Shown here: piece by piece, positions 13,471-24,270 of the stretch
Layout of the letters: the number at the start of each line of letters is the position of its first letter
How positions within the stretch are numbered: the first letter of the stretch is position 1
Assembly: GCF_009914755.1 (NCBI RefSeq)
Contig: NC_060928.1
Origin: the human T2T-CHM13v2.0 reference genome, Homo sapiens
Strand: one strand, 5' to 3'
Length of the DNA: 64,000 nt
Program-made: the position numbers and the translations under genes
Notes under the pieces: generated by a model
The model's input: only the letters and a program-made list of their open reading frames with translations
Told to the model about the DNA's origin: nothing
Database searches by the model: none

Positions 13471-14964
13471 GAAAAATATTGACGTCACATAATTCAGTGT
13501 CCACCCAGAACAACAAAACCATTGAGCAGGTGAAGCATAGATATTTCTGATTGTAACATCTAAGATTAATTTTTCTTTCAAGGAATCATATAGTGAGAAC
13601 CTAGCATGACAGAGTGAACCATAATTTCCATCAGCATTTTAATAGATAATAAGATATCAAGTTTTACAGAAAAAGAGCAACTCTGTTTTGACCTGTAGGA
13701 TCAATAATAAATTTTGTAATGTTTTATTGTGATAGTCTTGACATTATCACAATAGTCTTGGATTGCCCTCCTTGCTGTTTAAGAAAAAAGCAACTTTCCA
13801 CTTAAAGACCCTATCAAATTTTCTAATTTATCAAAGTTTATCTTTCATTATTATTTGTTAAGCAACTATATTGAGCAATTGTCTTAAATTGATGTTAGCC
13901 ATCAGAGACACTGCTGTTTGTGCTTTTGTTCATTCAGATGGTTTTATCTATCTGTTTTTTTTTGTTGTTGTTATCTTTCCCTCATTAGAATTTAAGAAGA
14001 TCTGATTTTCAGAATTAATATTGTTCTTGTGCTGTTTTCAATGTCCACTTGCTTGGCCTCTGATGAGACATTCAATATAACATGGTAGAAGATCTTAGCA
14101 AGGTTTCTATAATATAGTTAGTTACAAGGCTCAAGACACCATTGAATCTGCTTGGCTTTTACTTTCATTCAAAATGTTTTACTTAGATAAGACTCATTCT
14201 TCCTCCCAGCATTGTTTTCATTTTTTATATCTTCCTTTATCCATTCCTTACAATCTCCTCCTGCCCCTACAAACGCACACAAATACATCAAAGATGTGAA
14301 TCTGTTCTACTACCTGATTACTCATATTTTCTACTAACCAGAGGATCAGAACTTTTAATCATATAACGTAAAGGATGATTGGTAGGCATAGGGACATATA
14401 TTTTTATTTTTTCTGGTGAGGACTATGCTGAGAATTAAAAACAAAATTATTTAGTAGTTTCTATATTATTCATAAATATTTTGAATAATGTTGCTATTAG
14501 CAAGCCAATCTTGAGTTTATGAAGAGTCTGGCATTCAGTTAGTAATGTTTCACTTGTAATTTTTAAATGAAACTGTCAAGTTATACCATTGACACAAAGA
14601 ACTTATTTTGTCTACATTGTTAACTACTTGTGATCTCCTGGGAGCTGGGGTAAGCTAGAAAGAAATAGGCTTGCTGTAGTATCTATTTCAGGAGATGAGA
14701 GGAAAAACACCTATTTTAATGATCGAGTAGGACAAAGAGTTTCATGCATGACTTAGAGGTAAATTGAAGGAAGGAAGGAAATTGTTCCGAAAAATTAGTA
14801 CATGAACCAAGAATTTTGAAGGATTCATTGTGTTTGTTTCAGGAAACAAAGTTGATATCAGCTCCCCATTCCCACCACCTTTCTAATTTAAGCACCTCAG
14901 GGACATAGAGTTAAGTCAATGTCCTCCTCATTCTATAGCATTATTACCATGAGTCCCTGCTAGG

Positions 14965-15420
14965 TTCTTTTTTAATTAAATTTTATTTTAAAATGTTTTC
15001 CCTCTTTATACCCCATTTATTTATTTAAATCAACACATTAAAAATTATATATATTTGTATGTATTTAATTTGCTTCATTTAATTGAAAGAATATATATGT
15101 TTAGGGTATAAAAAGTGATGTTTTGTTATATGTATACATTGTGGAATGATTAAATGAAGCTATTACATATCCATCATCTCACATCCCTATTATTGTTTAT
15201 GATGAGAACAATTAATATCCACTCTTTCAGCAATTTTTGAGTATACTACACTTTATTATTAATGAAGCCACCATGCTGTGCCATACATCTTGAGAGCTTA
15301 TTCCTCCTGTGTGACTGAAACTTTACACCTTCACCAATGTCTCATTTCCCATCCCTCTCCAGTCTCTGGCAACCATTTTCATCTCCATTTCCAATTAAAT
15401 TTCTCTTCGTCCACATACAA
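14965..15420 (-). mobile_element. L1MA-like 3' end fragment
   Basis: Antisense L1MA 3' UTR motifs (tatacattgtggaatgattaaat, ctctggcaaccatt). Confidence 0.65.
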
Positions 15421-15571
15421 CTACTCCAGAATATTTATTTTCTTTTGTTTTATTGTTTTCATACATTTATTTAAACATATGGTTTTCTAGAAAAAAATCG
15501 TGATTACATTTATACAGAAATATGAATTACACTACATATACTATATTTCTTTTCTTTTTTTTTTAATGACA

Positions 15572-15760
15572 ACAACATTTATTGAGCAAGCCCCTGGCAT
15601 ATTTCATCATACTGGATCCCCAGGACAACCCTGTGAGGTAGTTGTATTGTAAGCCCCATTGTACAGATGAGGAACACGGGGCTCAGAGGGGTGAAGTGAC
15701 TTGCCCGAGGTCACAAGGCAAGTGCATGTCAACTCTTGGAATTGAAGCCAGATCTGTCTC
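15572..15760 (-). mobile_element. MIR element within the retrocopied ZNF341 3' UTR
   Basis: MIR core on + reads cccattgtacagatgaggaacacggggctcagaggggtgaagtgacttgcccgaggtcaca; the MIR-type tail aacatttattgagc contains the poly(A) signal. Confidence 0.8.
15578..15583 (-). terminator. Polyadenylation signal AATAAA of the retrocopied mRNA
   Basis: tttatt on +, 13 nt before the poly(A) tail on the minus strand. Confidence 0.85.
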
Positions 15761-15899
15761 ACAGCTGCAGTCCAGCCGTGACAGTTGAGTGCCTCCTAAA
15801 AGCCAACATCACAGAGCTGTCTGAGGACGCTGTGGGGAACTGTCTGTGAAAAGGTCCAACAGATAAACTCCAAAGAGTTTATGGCAGGCTTCCTGAAGA

Positions 15900-17150
15900 G
15901 CAACGGACTAGAGCCCACCTGGAGGCAGCCTGGAGGCAGAGTGGGCGGAACTGCCCTGTCTTCTCTCCCAGGGGACGCAACTACCAGCCTAGACCAGCGG
16001 GACGCTGGGCTGCTCAGGCTCCAGCCATCTCTCTCTTGCCGTGGCTCTGCCCGGAAACCGTGGGCGGCCCTGCCCCTGTCCCCAGAATGTTGCAGGGCTT
16101 TCCAGCAGGAGAGGGGACACCGGAAGGCGGCCATGAGCCAAGGTTTATGAATGACATTCAGAAGGATTTCTGCCAATGGCTCGATGGCTCGCTTCCACTG
16201 GGAAGGATCTCCAGTCTGCCCCCAGGGAGCCTGGACCCAAACATGAGCATCAGGCCTTCCCAGGAAACGAACACCCCGGGTCCGTCACTCTGAGGCCTCG
16301 ATGTAGATGAGCACAGCGAGCATGGCACATGGGCCCTCGGCCCCGGCCTGCAGCCCCGCCAGAGCCAGGTTGGAGCCCAGCCCCTCAGCTGTCCAGGTAC
16401 CACCAGCTCAGATTCTGTGCCCACCGCACCACCCACGACGATGGAAAGCTCCGCGTTCAGCTCTGCGAAGGGCGGCTTGCCCGGGACGGCCTCGGGCACC
16501 AGACCAGCCCCTGTGTCCTTCATCTCCTCCAGCCCCAGCGGGTCAGGCAAGGGGGTCACCACCTTGCGCCCACCACTGCCGCCACGGCGCGGGGCTGCCC
16601 TCTTCTCGCGGGCGGTGGTGGGGGGGCGGGGGTGCCGCCGGGTTTGCAGGTCCTTTTCCTTCTGGGGGCCGAGACGACAGCGGTGATCTTTGAGGTATTT
16701 GTGGCGGAAAAAGCCCTTGGCACAGCCAGCATAGCGGAACTTGTAGTAGCCCGTGTGGGCGCGCAGGTGCTCGGCGAGGTGGGCACGGCGGCTGAAGGAC
16801 CTGCTGCACAGGGCGCATCTGTGGAGCTTCATGCCGGAGTGGGAGAGGACATGGGCCTTCAGCTTGTCCGGCCGGTTGAACAACTTACCGCAGCTTGTGT
16901 GCGTCGATAAAGGGCATTTATATTTCTTGAAGGGCTGGTGGATCAACATGTCTCTCTTACAGTTTGTCCTTGAGGTTGAATGCGGACTCGCACACCGAGC
17001 ATTTGTAGGGCTTCTCGCCTGAGTGGTTGTGAGCGCGCAGTTTGAGGTAATGCACCCGCCAGGAGGACTTCTTGCACACCTGGCCCTTGAACCTGCCCCC
17101 ACTGCGGTGGGTTGGCAGATGACGCTGCAGGTAGCGTTCACAAGGAAACA
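15900..17150. promoter_or_regulatory. CpG-island-like segment inside the retrocopy
   Basis: Hand count of about 59 CpG in 16261-17160 (900 bp, GC-rich) versus about 13 in 17941-18840. GC boxes (ggggcggggg at ~16623). Confidence 0.65.
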
Positions 17151-18845
17151 CCTTCTAGCAGTGTGGGCAGGGGAAGTTGTGAGTGGCGGTCTGCAGGTGA
17201 TGCTCCAGGGCCTCTGGGGTGGATATTTGTTGACACGTTTGACACACTTGTAGACGGCACTGCCCTTCTTGGGGCTGTGCTGTGGAAGGAGGCTGTGGGA
17301 GTACTGGTGCACGCTCAGGTCGTACATCGGGGGTAAGTCCTTGTTGCAGAAGTGGCCGGGGTAGCTCAGCTCCTCCTGGTGGCTCTTGATGTGCTCCAGA
17401 AATGTGTCGAGCTTTGGGAACGTTTGGGCACAGCTTTTGACCACACATTTGTACACCTGCTCGTTCTTATGCTGGGTCATGTGAGACTTGAGCTGGAAAT
17501 AGGTGCTGAACTTGCTGGGGCAGAACTGGAACAAGTAGGAGCTGTAGATGAGGACTACCTGCTTGGGTTTCCGGCTTGCCCCTTGCTATCGCTGGCTGTG
17601 GGCCAGGCCTGGAGCTGTGGCGAGCTTGGTAGGGGCTGGCCCAACCCTGTGTTTTCCTCATCCTCCTGCCTACTGGGGTTCAGGGCCAAGACCTGTACAG
17701 TCACAGAGTTTCGAGACACAGTGCCACCACCGTGTCCTGAAGGCCATACCTTGTGGGTCTGCATGTGTTTCTTAACATTAGACTTCTGGGCAAAGGCATG
17801 GCCACATGCAATGCATTGGAAGGGCTTCTCACCTGTGTGGCTTCAGATGTGCTGCTGCAGGTCGAAGTTTTTGGTGAATGACTTGTCACAGTATGGGCAC
17901 TTGAGTTTCTGAGCCTTTGGCTTCCCTGTAGCTTCCAGGAGTCCCCTGGTACCTTTAGCCCGTGGGGTCTTCAGCATTGGTGGAGAGTCAAAGATGGCCA
18001 CGGTGCCCCCGGTGGCACTGGTCATGGGGCAGCAGGGTTTGGTCCTTTGGGTGTTTGCCAGGGCTGTACACTGTGGGGGTGGGGTATACTGGAGCCTCCA
18101 CACACTGGTTTGGCACCTCCAGGGGTGGGTAGGGCTGCATCACCAGTGCCTGGATCTCCACCATTCCACTCCCAGCCAGGAGTGCAGCAGCACTGTACAC
18201 CTTCACCACACCATTCCCACCAGGATTGGGATGCCCAGGGGGGCCCAGGCTGTGGGGTGGAGGTGGTGAGGGCAGTGGTGGAGGAGGGGGTGAAGGCTAG
18301 GTGAGGTGGCTGGGCACAGAATGCATGTTCAGGCTGCTCTGCACAGGTCGCGGGCCCTAGGGCATGGGCTGGTCCAGGGATGTGAAGCCTGAAATGGCAG
18401 ACATGAGCACGTCATTGCTTACCAAGATGTTCCCCTGGATCAGTGGGGACAGGGGCACTGTGATGTATGTAGAGATCTGGCAATTGGCAGGAGGCGAGGC
18501 CTGCTGGACTGCTGTGGGTGCTGCCGAAGGTGTGTAGATTGTGTAGATGCTGTTGGTGACCAGCGAGACTGTGTCCAGGTCGGGGGCATTTCTTTGGCAC
18601 TGTTCCCGCTTGTGGGTCATAAACACTGGCAGCGAGTTGAATTGCTTCTTACACTTCCCACAGAGAAAGACATCCTCATCATCCAATGGCTGGATAGCAG
18701 GGGGCGCATTGACACTCTGGCCTCTGGGATCAGGGACTGCTCCTTGGCCATCCAGTAATGATGGGACAGCTAGAATGGTCTGGTTGTCCATTCCCTCCAG
18801 GGCCTTAAAGATCACCTGCACCATCTTGGAGCCCCTATATTTCTT

Positions 18846-19330
18846 ATAATTAATCAATAGATTTTTTGGGGAGGTAGGGTTTCTATGCTGTTAGTCATAC
18901 CTGCAAACAATGATGTTTCTATTTCTTCTCTTCCAATCATATTTCCTTAATTTATTTTTCTTTCTTTTTAAATTATTCTTGTAAGGCATTGTAGTACATG
19001 AATAAATGTAAGTATTAATAGTGTACCTTCCTTGTGTCGTTTTTTATTTTAAAGGGATAATGTCTACTATTTCCCTGTTTACAGTAATATGTGGGTGTGT
19101 ACATGTGTTTTTGTGTGTTTAACATGGAAAGTTCCCTTTTATATGCTCTTTAATAAGTCAGATGATCATACTATTTTTTCTTCTTTATTAAGTGTTGAAA
19201 GACATTTAAGGAATTTCTAATACGAAATCCTCCTTTTATGCCTGGGATAAGCTCAACTGGGTCATTTATTATCTTTATTATTCACTGCTGGATTGGGTTA
19301 GATAATAATTTATCTGGATTGTCTTTTGGA
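18846..19330 (-). mobile_element. Old L1M ORF2 fragment into which the retrocopy inserted
   Basis: Antisense ORF2-like gtcatacctgcaaacaatgatg...tttcttctcttccaat. Confidence 0.55.
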
Positions 19331-19834
19331 TTTTCTACTCAGTATTATCTGCTAATCATTCCTACCTAGTATTACAATAATGAACAATTCTTCTCTTTAG
19401 AGCTTCACTTTCTAATCACCCTACACTCCAACTTACTCCATCTCTGGGTTTGAGTTAGTCTTTCCGAAGTCCCATTTTAAGAGTCTAAGGATTTATTAAA
19501 ACACACTCCATTATCATAGTTCTGATCCCACACCTGGGAAATTAAAAATTAAGGCAATTTGCAGCTGTGGAACATTGTAGTCCAAGCAAGAGACCTGTGC
19601 TTACAGTGGCCAAAGACCAGATCAGAAATTGAATGGTATTTGAGGAGTAAATTAAAAAATTGAATATATTTTGTTTTAGTTGCATCAGGTCAAGATACTT
19701 TAGCCGAAATGTTTATTTGAGGAGAAAGGCTTGACTCTATCATTGAGAAAACAAAATAGACTGAATGATTCATATTCTGATACCACATTGGCTAACCGAG
19801 TTCATTACTTTGTGCCTTTATTGCTTAACTGATA

Positions 19835-20035
19835 ATAAAAATAGCTAACCTTATTGAGCACATTCAAATATTCAGACAGTACTAAAATCCTTATATAAGC
19901 ATTTACTATTTACTTCTTTAAACACATTTTATGGATGTTGAAATTGAGGCACAGAATTTTAAGAAAGTGCCTAAAGTCTTTCAATTAGCACATAGTAGAG
20001 CTGGAATTGAAATTGAAGCATAGTGTCTCCAGAGT
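19835..20035 (-). mobile_element. MIR
   Basis: ttattgagcac...gaaattgaggcacaga...tagtagagctggaattgaa. Confidence 0.65.
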
Positions 20036-20588
20036 CCCTGGTGGTTTCCAGTTTAATAATTGACAACCAGAGTGATTTTTCCAGAATTATTAACATAGAT
20101 TTATTGAGGTATAACTGACAAAAATTATACATATTTATAGTATGCAATGTGATGTTTTGAAATACATATACATTATGAAATGATTATTATAATCAAGCTT
20201 ATTAACATTTCCATCACAATACCTTTATTTTATGGTGAGAATATTTAAGGTCTACTTTCTTAGCACATTTCAAGTATACAATATGGTGTTATTAACTATA
20301 GTTGCTATTCCGTACATTGTATCTCCAGAGCTTACTCATTCTAGATTACTGAAACTGTATACCCTTTGACTGACATCTCCCGATTTACCCTACCCCCCAA
20401 CCCCCTGGCAACCATCTGTTCTCTGCTTTTATGAGTTTTACTTTTTATATTCCACATATAAGTGAGATCAAACAGTATTTGTCTTTCTGTGCCTGGCTTA
20501 TTTCACTTGACATAATGTCCTCCAGGTTCATAGTGATGTTGCAGATGATAGGATTTTCTTCATTTTAAAGACTGAGCAATTCTCTCCT

Positions 20589-21136
20589 CTCTCTCTCTCT
20601 ATATATATGTATATATACACATATATATGTATATATGTATATATGTATACACACATATATGTATATATGTATATATGTATACACACATATGTATATATGT
20701 ATATATGTATACACATATATGTATGTACACACATATGTATATATGTATACATGTATACACACATATATGTGTATATATGTATATATGTATACACACATAC
20801 ATGTATATATGTATATATGTATATATACACACATATGTATATATGTATATATACATATACACATATATGTATATGTATATATGTATACACACATATATGT
20901 ATATGTATATATGTATATACACATATATGTATATGTATATGCGCACATATATGTATATATGTATATACACACATATATGCATATATGTATATACACACAT
21001 ATGTATATATGTATGTACACACATGTATATATGTATATATGTATGTACACACATGTATATATGTATATATGTATACACACACACATATATACACACATAT
21101 ATATACATATACACATATATACACTCACACATATAT
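20589..21136. repeat. Long (CT)n-(TA/TG/CA)n alternating purine-pyrimidine microsatellite
   Basis: About 540 bp built from atatatgt and atacacac units; source of six spurious Y/I/M/C/V-rich ORFs. Confidence 0.97.
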
Positions 21137-21724
21137 CCTGCATTTTCTTTATGCATTCATCTATTGATGGACACTTAGGTTGATTCTATATCTTGGTTCT
21201 TGTGAATAATGCTGCAGTGAATATGGGAGTGCAGATATCTTTTCAACATGATAATTTCATTTCCTTGTATACTCAGAACTTGGATTGCTGGATTATGTGG
21301 TAGTTCTATTTTTAATTTTTTGAGAATCTTCATAGTATTTTGCATAATGGCTATACCAATTTGTATTCCTACCAATAGTATGCAAGGATTCCCTTTTCTC
21401 CACATACTTGCCAAAGCTTGTTATCTTTTGTCTTTTTGATAATCGCCATTCTAACAGGTGTGAAGTGTTATCTCATTGTGGTTCCGATTTGCTTTCCCTG
21501 ATGACTAGTGATGTTGAGCACTTTTTCATAACAGTCACACACTGTATAACAACATTTTGATCAATGACAGACTGCGTATGCAAGGTGGTCCCATATGATT
21601 ATAATGAACCTGAAAAATTCTTATTTCTTGGTGATGTCATAGTGCAATGCATTATTCATATGTTTGTGGTGATGCTGGTGTAAAGAAACTGCTGTGCTGC
21701 CAGTCATATAAAATTATGGCACAG

Positions 21725-22818
21725 ATTCTGGGTGTGGTGGCTCATGCCTTTAATCCTAGCACTTTGGTAGGCTAAGATGGGACTACTGCTTGATCCCAGG
21801 AGTTTGAGACCAGCCTGGGCAAATAGTGAGTCCCCCATCACTACAAAAATTACAAAATTAGCCAGGCATGGTGGGACATGCCACAGACACTCAATGTCAG
21901 CCAGTGAAGAAAGCTAGGAAGTGGTGTGTACCCCAAAAAGCCACAGCGGTGGAGCTGCCCAAGTCCATGGGAGCCCATCTCTTGCATCAGTGTGACATGG
22001 AGTCAAAGGAGATCATTTTGGACCTCGTGACCTGCATTTGAGACATGGAGTCAAAGGAGGTCATTTTGGAAATTTAAGATATGACTTCCCTATTGGATTT
22101 CTGACTTAGACCTTTTCGGCCTTACAGGCCTTTCTTTGGCCTGTAGCCCTTTCATTTTGGCCGATTTCTTCCATTTGGAATGGGTGTATTTACCAGATGC
22201 CTTTACCTCCATTGTATCTAAGAAGTAACTAACTTGCTATTGATTTTACAGGCTCATAGGTGGAAGGGACTTGCCTTGTCTCAGATAAGACTTTGGGCTT
22301 GGACTTTTGGGTTAATACTAGAATGAGTTAAGACTTTGGGGGACTGTTGGAAGGGCATGATTGTGTTTTGAAATGTGAGGACATGAGATTTGCGAGGTGC
22401 CAGGGACAGAATAGTATAGTTCGGCTGTGTCCCCACCCAAACCTCATCTTGAATTGTAATTTGAATTGTAATCCCCATGTGTTGGAGGTGGGATCTTGTG
22501 CAAGGCGATTACATCAAGGGAGTGGTTCCTCCATGCTGTTCTCATGATAGTGAGTGAGGTCTCACAAGATTTGATGGCTTTATTAATGGGCTTTTCCCTG
22601 CCTTCACTTGACACTTCTCCTTGCTGCCGTCATGTGAAGATGGATGTGTTTGCTTCCCCTTCTGCCATGATTGTAAGATTCCTAAGGCCTTCCCGGCCAC
22701 GCTGAGCTGTGAGTCAATTAAACTTCTTCCCTTTATAAATTACCCAGTCTTGGGTATGTCTTTATTAGCAGCATGAGAATGGACTAATACAGACCCTATC
22801 TCAAAAATGAAAAAAAAA
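21725..22818 (+). mobile_element. AluJ split by a THE1 insertion
   Basis: Left arm 21725-21882; tail agaccctatctcaaaa at 22791-22818; flanks aaaattatggcaca / aaaagtgtagcata form a degraded TSD. Confidence 0.75.
21883..22791 (+). mobile_element. THE1 (C-like) internal 3' part plus 3' LTR
   Basis: Internal sequence homologous to 31850-32310; LTR ~22412-22791 ending gactaataca. Confidence 0.85.
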
Positions 22819-23860
22819 GTGTAGCATATATAATTGTGTATAGTACATACTACTTGATAATATTAACAAATGATTATTTTACTGGTTTATGTATTTAATA
22901 TACTATTTATCATTATTTTAAAGTGCACTCCTTCTACTTGTTAAAAAAAGTTAACTGTAAAACAGCCTCAGGCAGGTCCTTCAGGAAATATTCCAGAAGA
23001 AGGTATTGTTATCATAGGAGATGACAGCTCTATGGCTGTTATTACCCCTGAAGACTTTCCAGTGGGATGAGACTTGGAGAGGGAAGACAGTGATATTGAT
23101 GATCCTGACCCTGTGTAGGCTTAGGCTAATGTGTGAGCATAATGTTTATGTCTTAGTTTTTTAACAAAAAAGTTTTAAAAGCAAAAAATAAAATACAAAT
23201 TTTAAAAATAGAAAAATGCCTATAGAATCAGGATATTAAAAAAAGAAAATATTTTATGCAATTGTACAGTGATTCTCTGTTTTAAGCTAAATGTATTACA
23301 AAAGAGACAGAAAAGTAAAAAATTGTAAAAGTTTATAAAATAAAAAGTTACAGTAAGCTAAGATTAATTTATTATTTAAGAAAGAATAACAATTTTGTGT
23401 AAATTTAGTGTAGCCTAGTGCAGTGTTTATAAAGCCTACAGTACAGTAACGTGTTAGGCTTTCACATTCACTCACCACTGACTCACTGACTCACTGACTC
23501 ACTGAAAGCAACTTCCAGTCCTGTAAGCCCCATTCATAAGTGCCCTATACATGTATATAATTTTTCATTTTTTATGCTATATTTTTACAGTACCTTTTCT
23601 ATGTTTAGATACACAAATACTTATTATTGTGTTCCAATTGCCTGCAGTATTCAGTACAGTAACATGCTGTACATGTTTTTAGCCTAGGGGTAATAGGCTA
23701 TACCATATAGTTTAGGTGTGTGGTAGGCTATACCATCTAGGTTTGTGTCAGTACACTCTATGATGTTCAAACAGCTACAAAATCACCTAGTGACACATTT
23801 CTCAGAATGTATTCCTGTTATTAAGTAATGCATGACTGTACCTGTTGACCATTTGTATGT

Positions 23861-24270
23861 TGATATGGTTTGGCTCTGTGTCCCCACTCAAATCTCATCT
23901 AAATTTTAATCCCCATAATCCCCACGTGTCAAGAGTGGGATTGATCTTGACACGTGATCCCCACATGTCAAGAGTGGTGGGAGGTGATTGGATCATGGGG
24001 GCGGCTTCCCCCATTCTGTTCTCAAGATAGTGAGTGAGTTCTCATGAGATCTGATGGTTTCATAAGTGTTTGACAGTTCCTCCTTCACACGCTCTCTTTC
24101 CTGTTGCCTTGTGAAGAAGGTACTTGCTTCTTATTCACCTTCCTCCATGATTGTAAGTTTCCTGAGGCATCTCCAGGCAAGTGGAACTGTGAGTCAATAA
24201 AACCTCTGCCCTTTATATATTACCCAGTCTCTGGTACTTCTTTATAGCAGTGTGAGAAGGGACTAATACA
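23861..24270 (+). mobile_element. THE1D-like solo LTR
   Basis: TGATATGG...gactaataCA termini with perfect 5-bp TSD TATGT (23856-23860, 24271-24275). Confidence 0.88.

Larger units (their letters stand above)
15552..18834 (-). pseudogene. ZNF341: Processed pseudogene (retrocopy) of zinc finger protein 341
   Basis: Collinear and intronless: [16 protein letters not shown] (ATG 18824-18822) through [42 protein letters not shown] and [17 protein letters not shown] (16287-16285), matching recalled ZNF341. 3' UTR, AATAAA (15583-15578), poly(A) (T run 15552-15564), TSD ctatatttctt at 15541-15551 and 18835-18845. Premature TAG at 18359-18357 and several frameshifts. Confidence 0.95.
21532..23838 (+). 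mobile_element. Tigger3b-like DNA transposon, interrupted by Alu and THE1
   Basis: Terminal inverted repeats cagtca... / ...catgactg followed by TA; characteristic ggtggtcccatatgattataatg. Confidence 0.8.

Noticed and set aside
15881-18849. Multiple plus-strand ORFs of 70-190 aa
   Set aside because: Antisense shadows of the GC-rich ZNF341 retrocopy; no independent coding evidence.
16285-18857. Functional full-length ZNF341 gene
   Set aside because: No introns, premature stops (18359-18357, ~18298), several frameshifts and lost zinc-ligand cysteines.
20528-21183. Six ORFs of 180-200 aa on both strands
   Set aside because: Artefacts of the alternating purine-pyrimidine microsatellite, which lacks stop codons.
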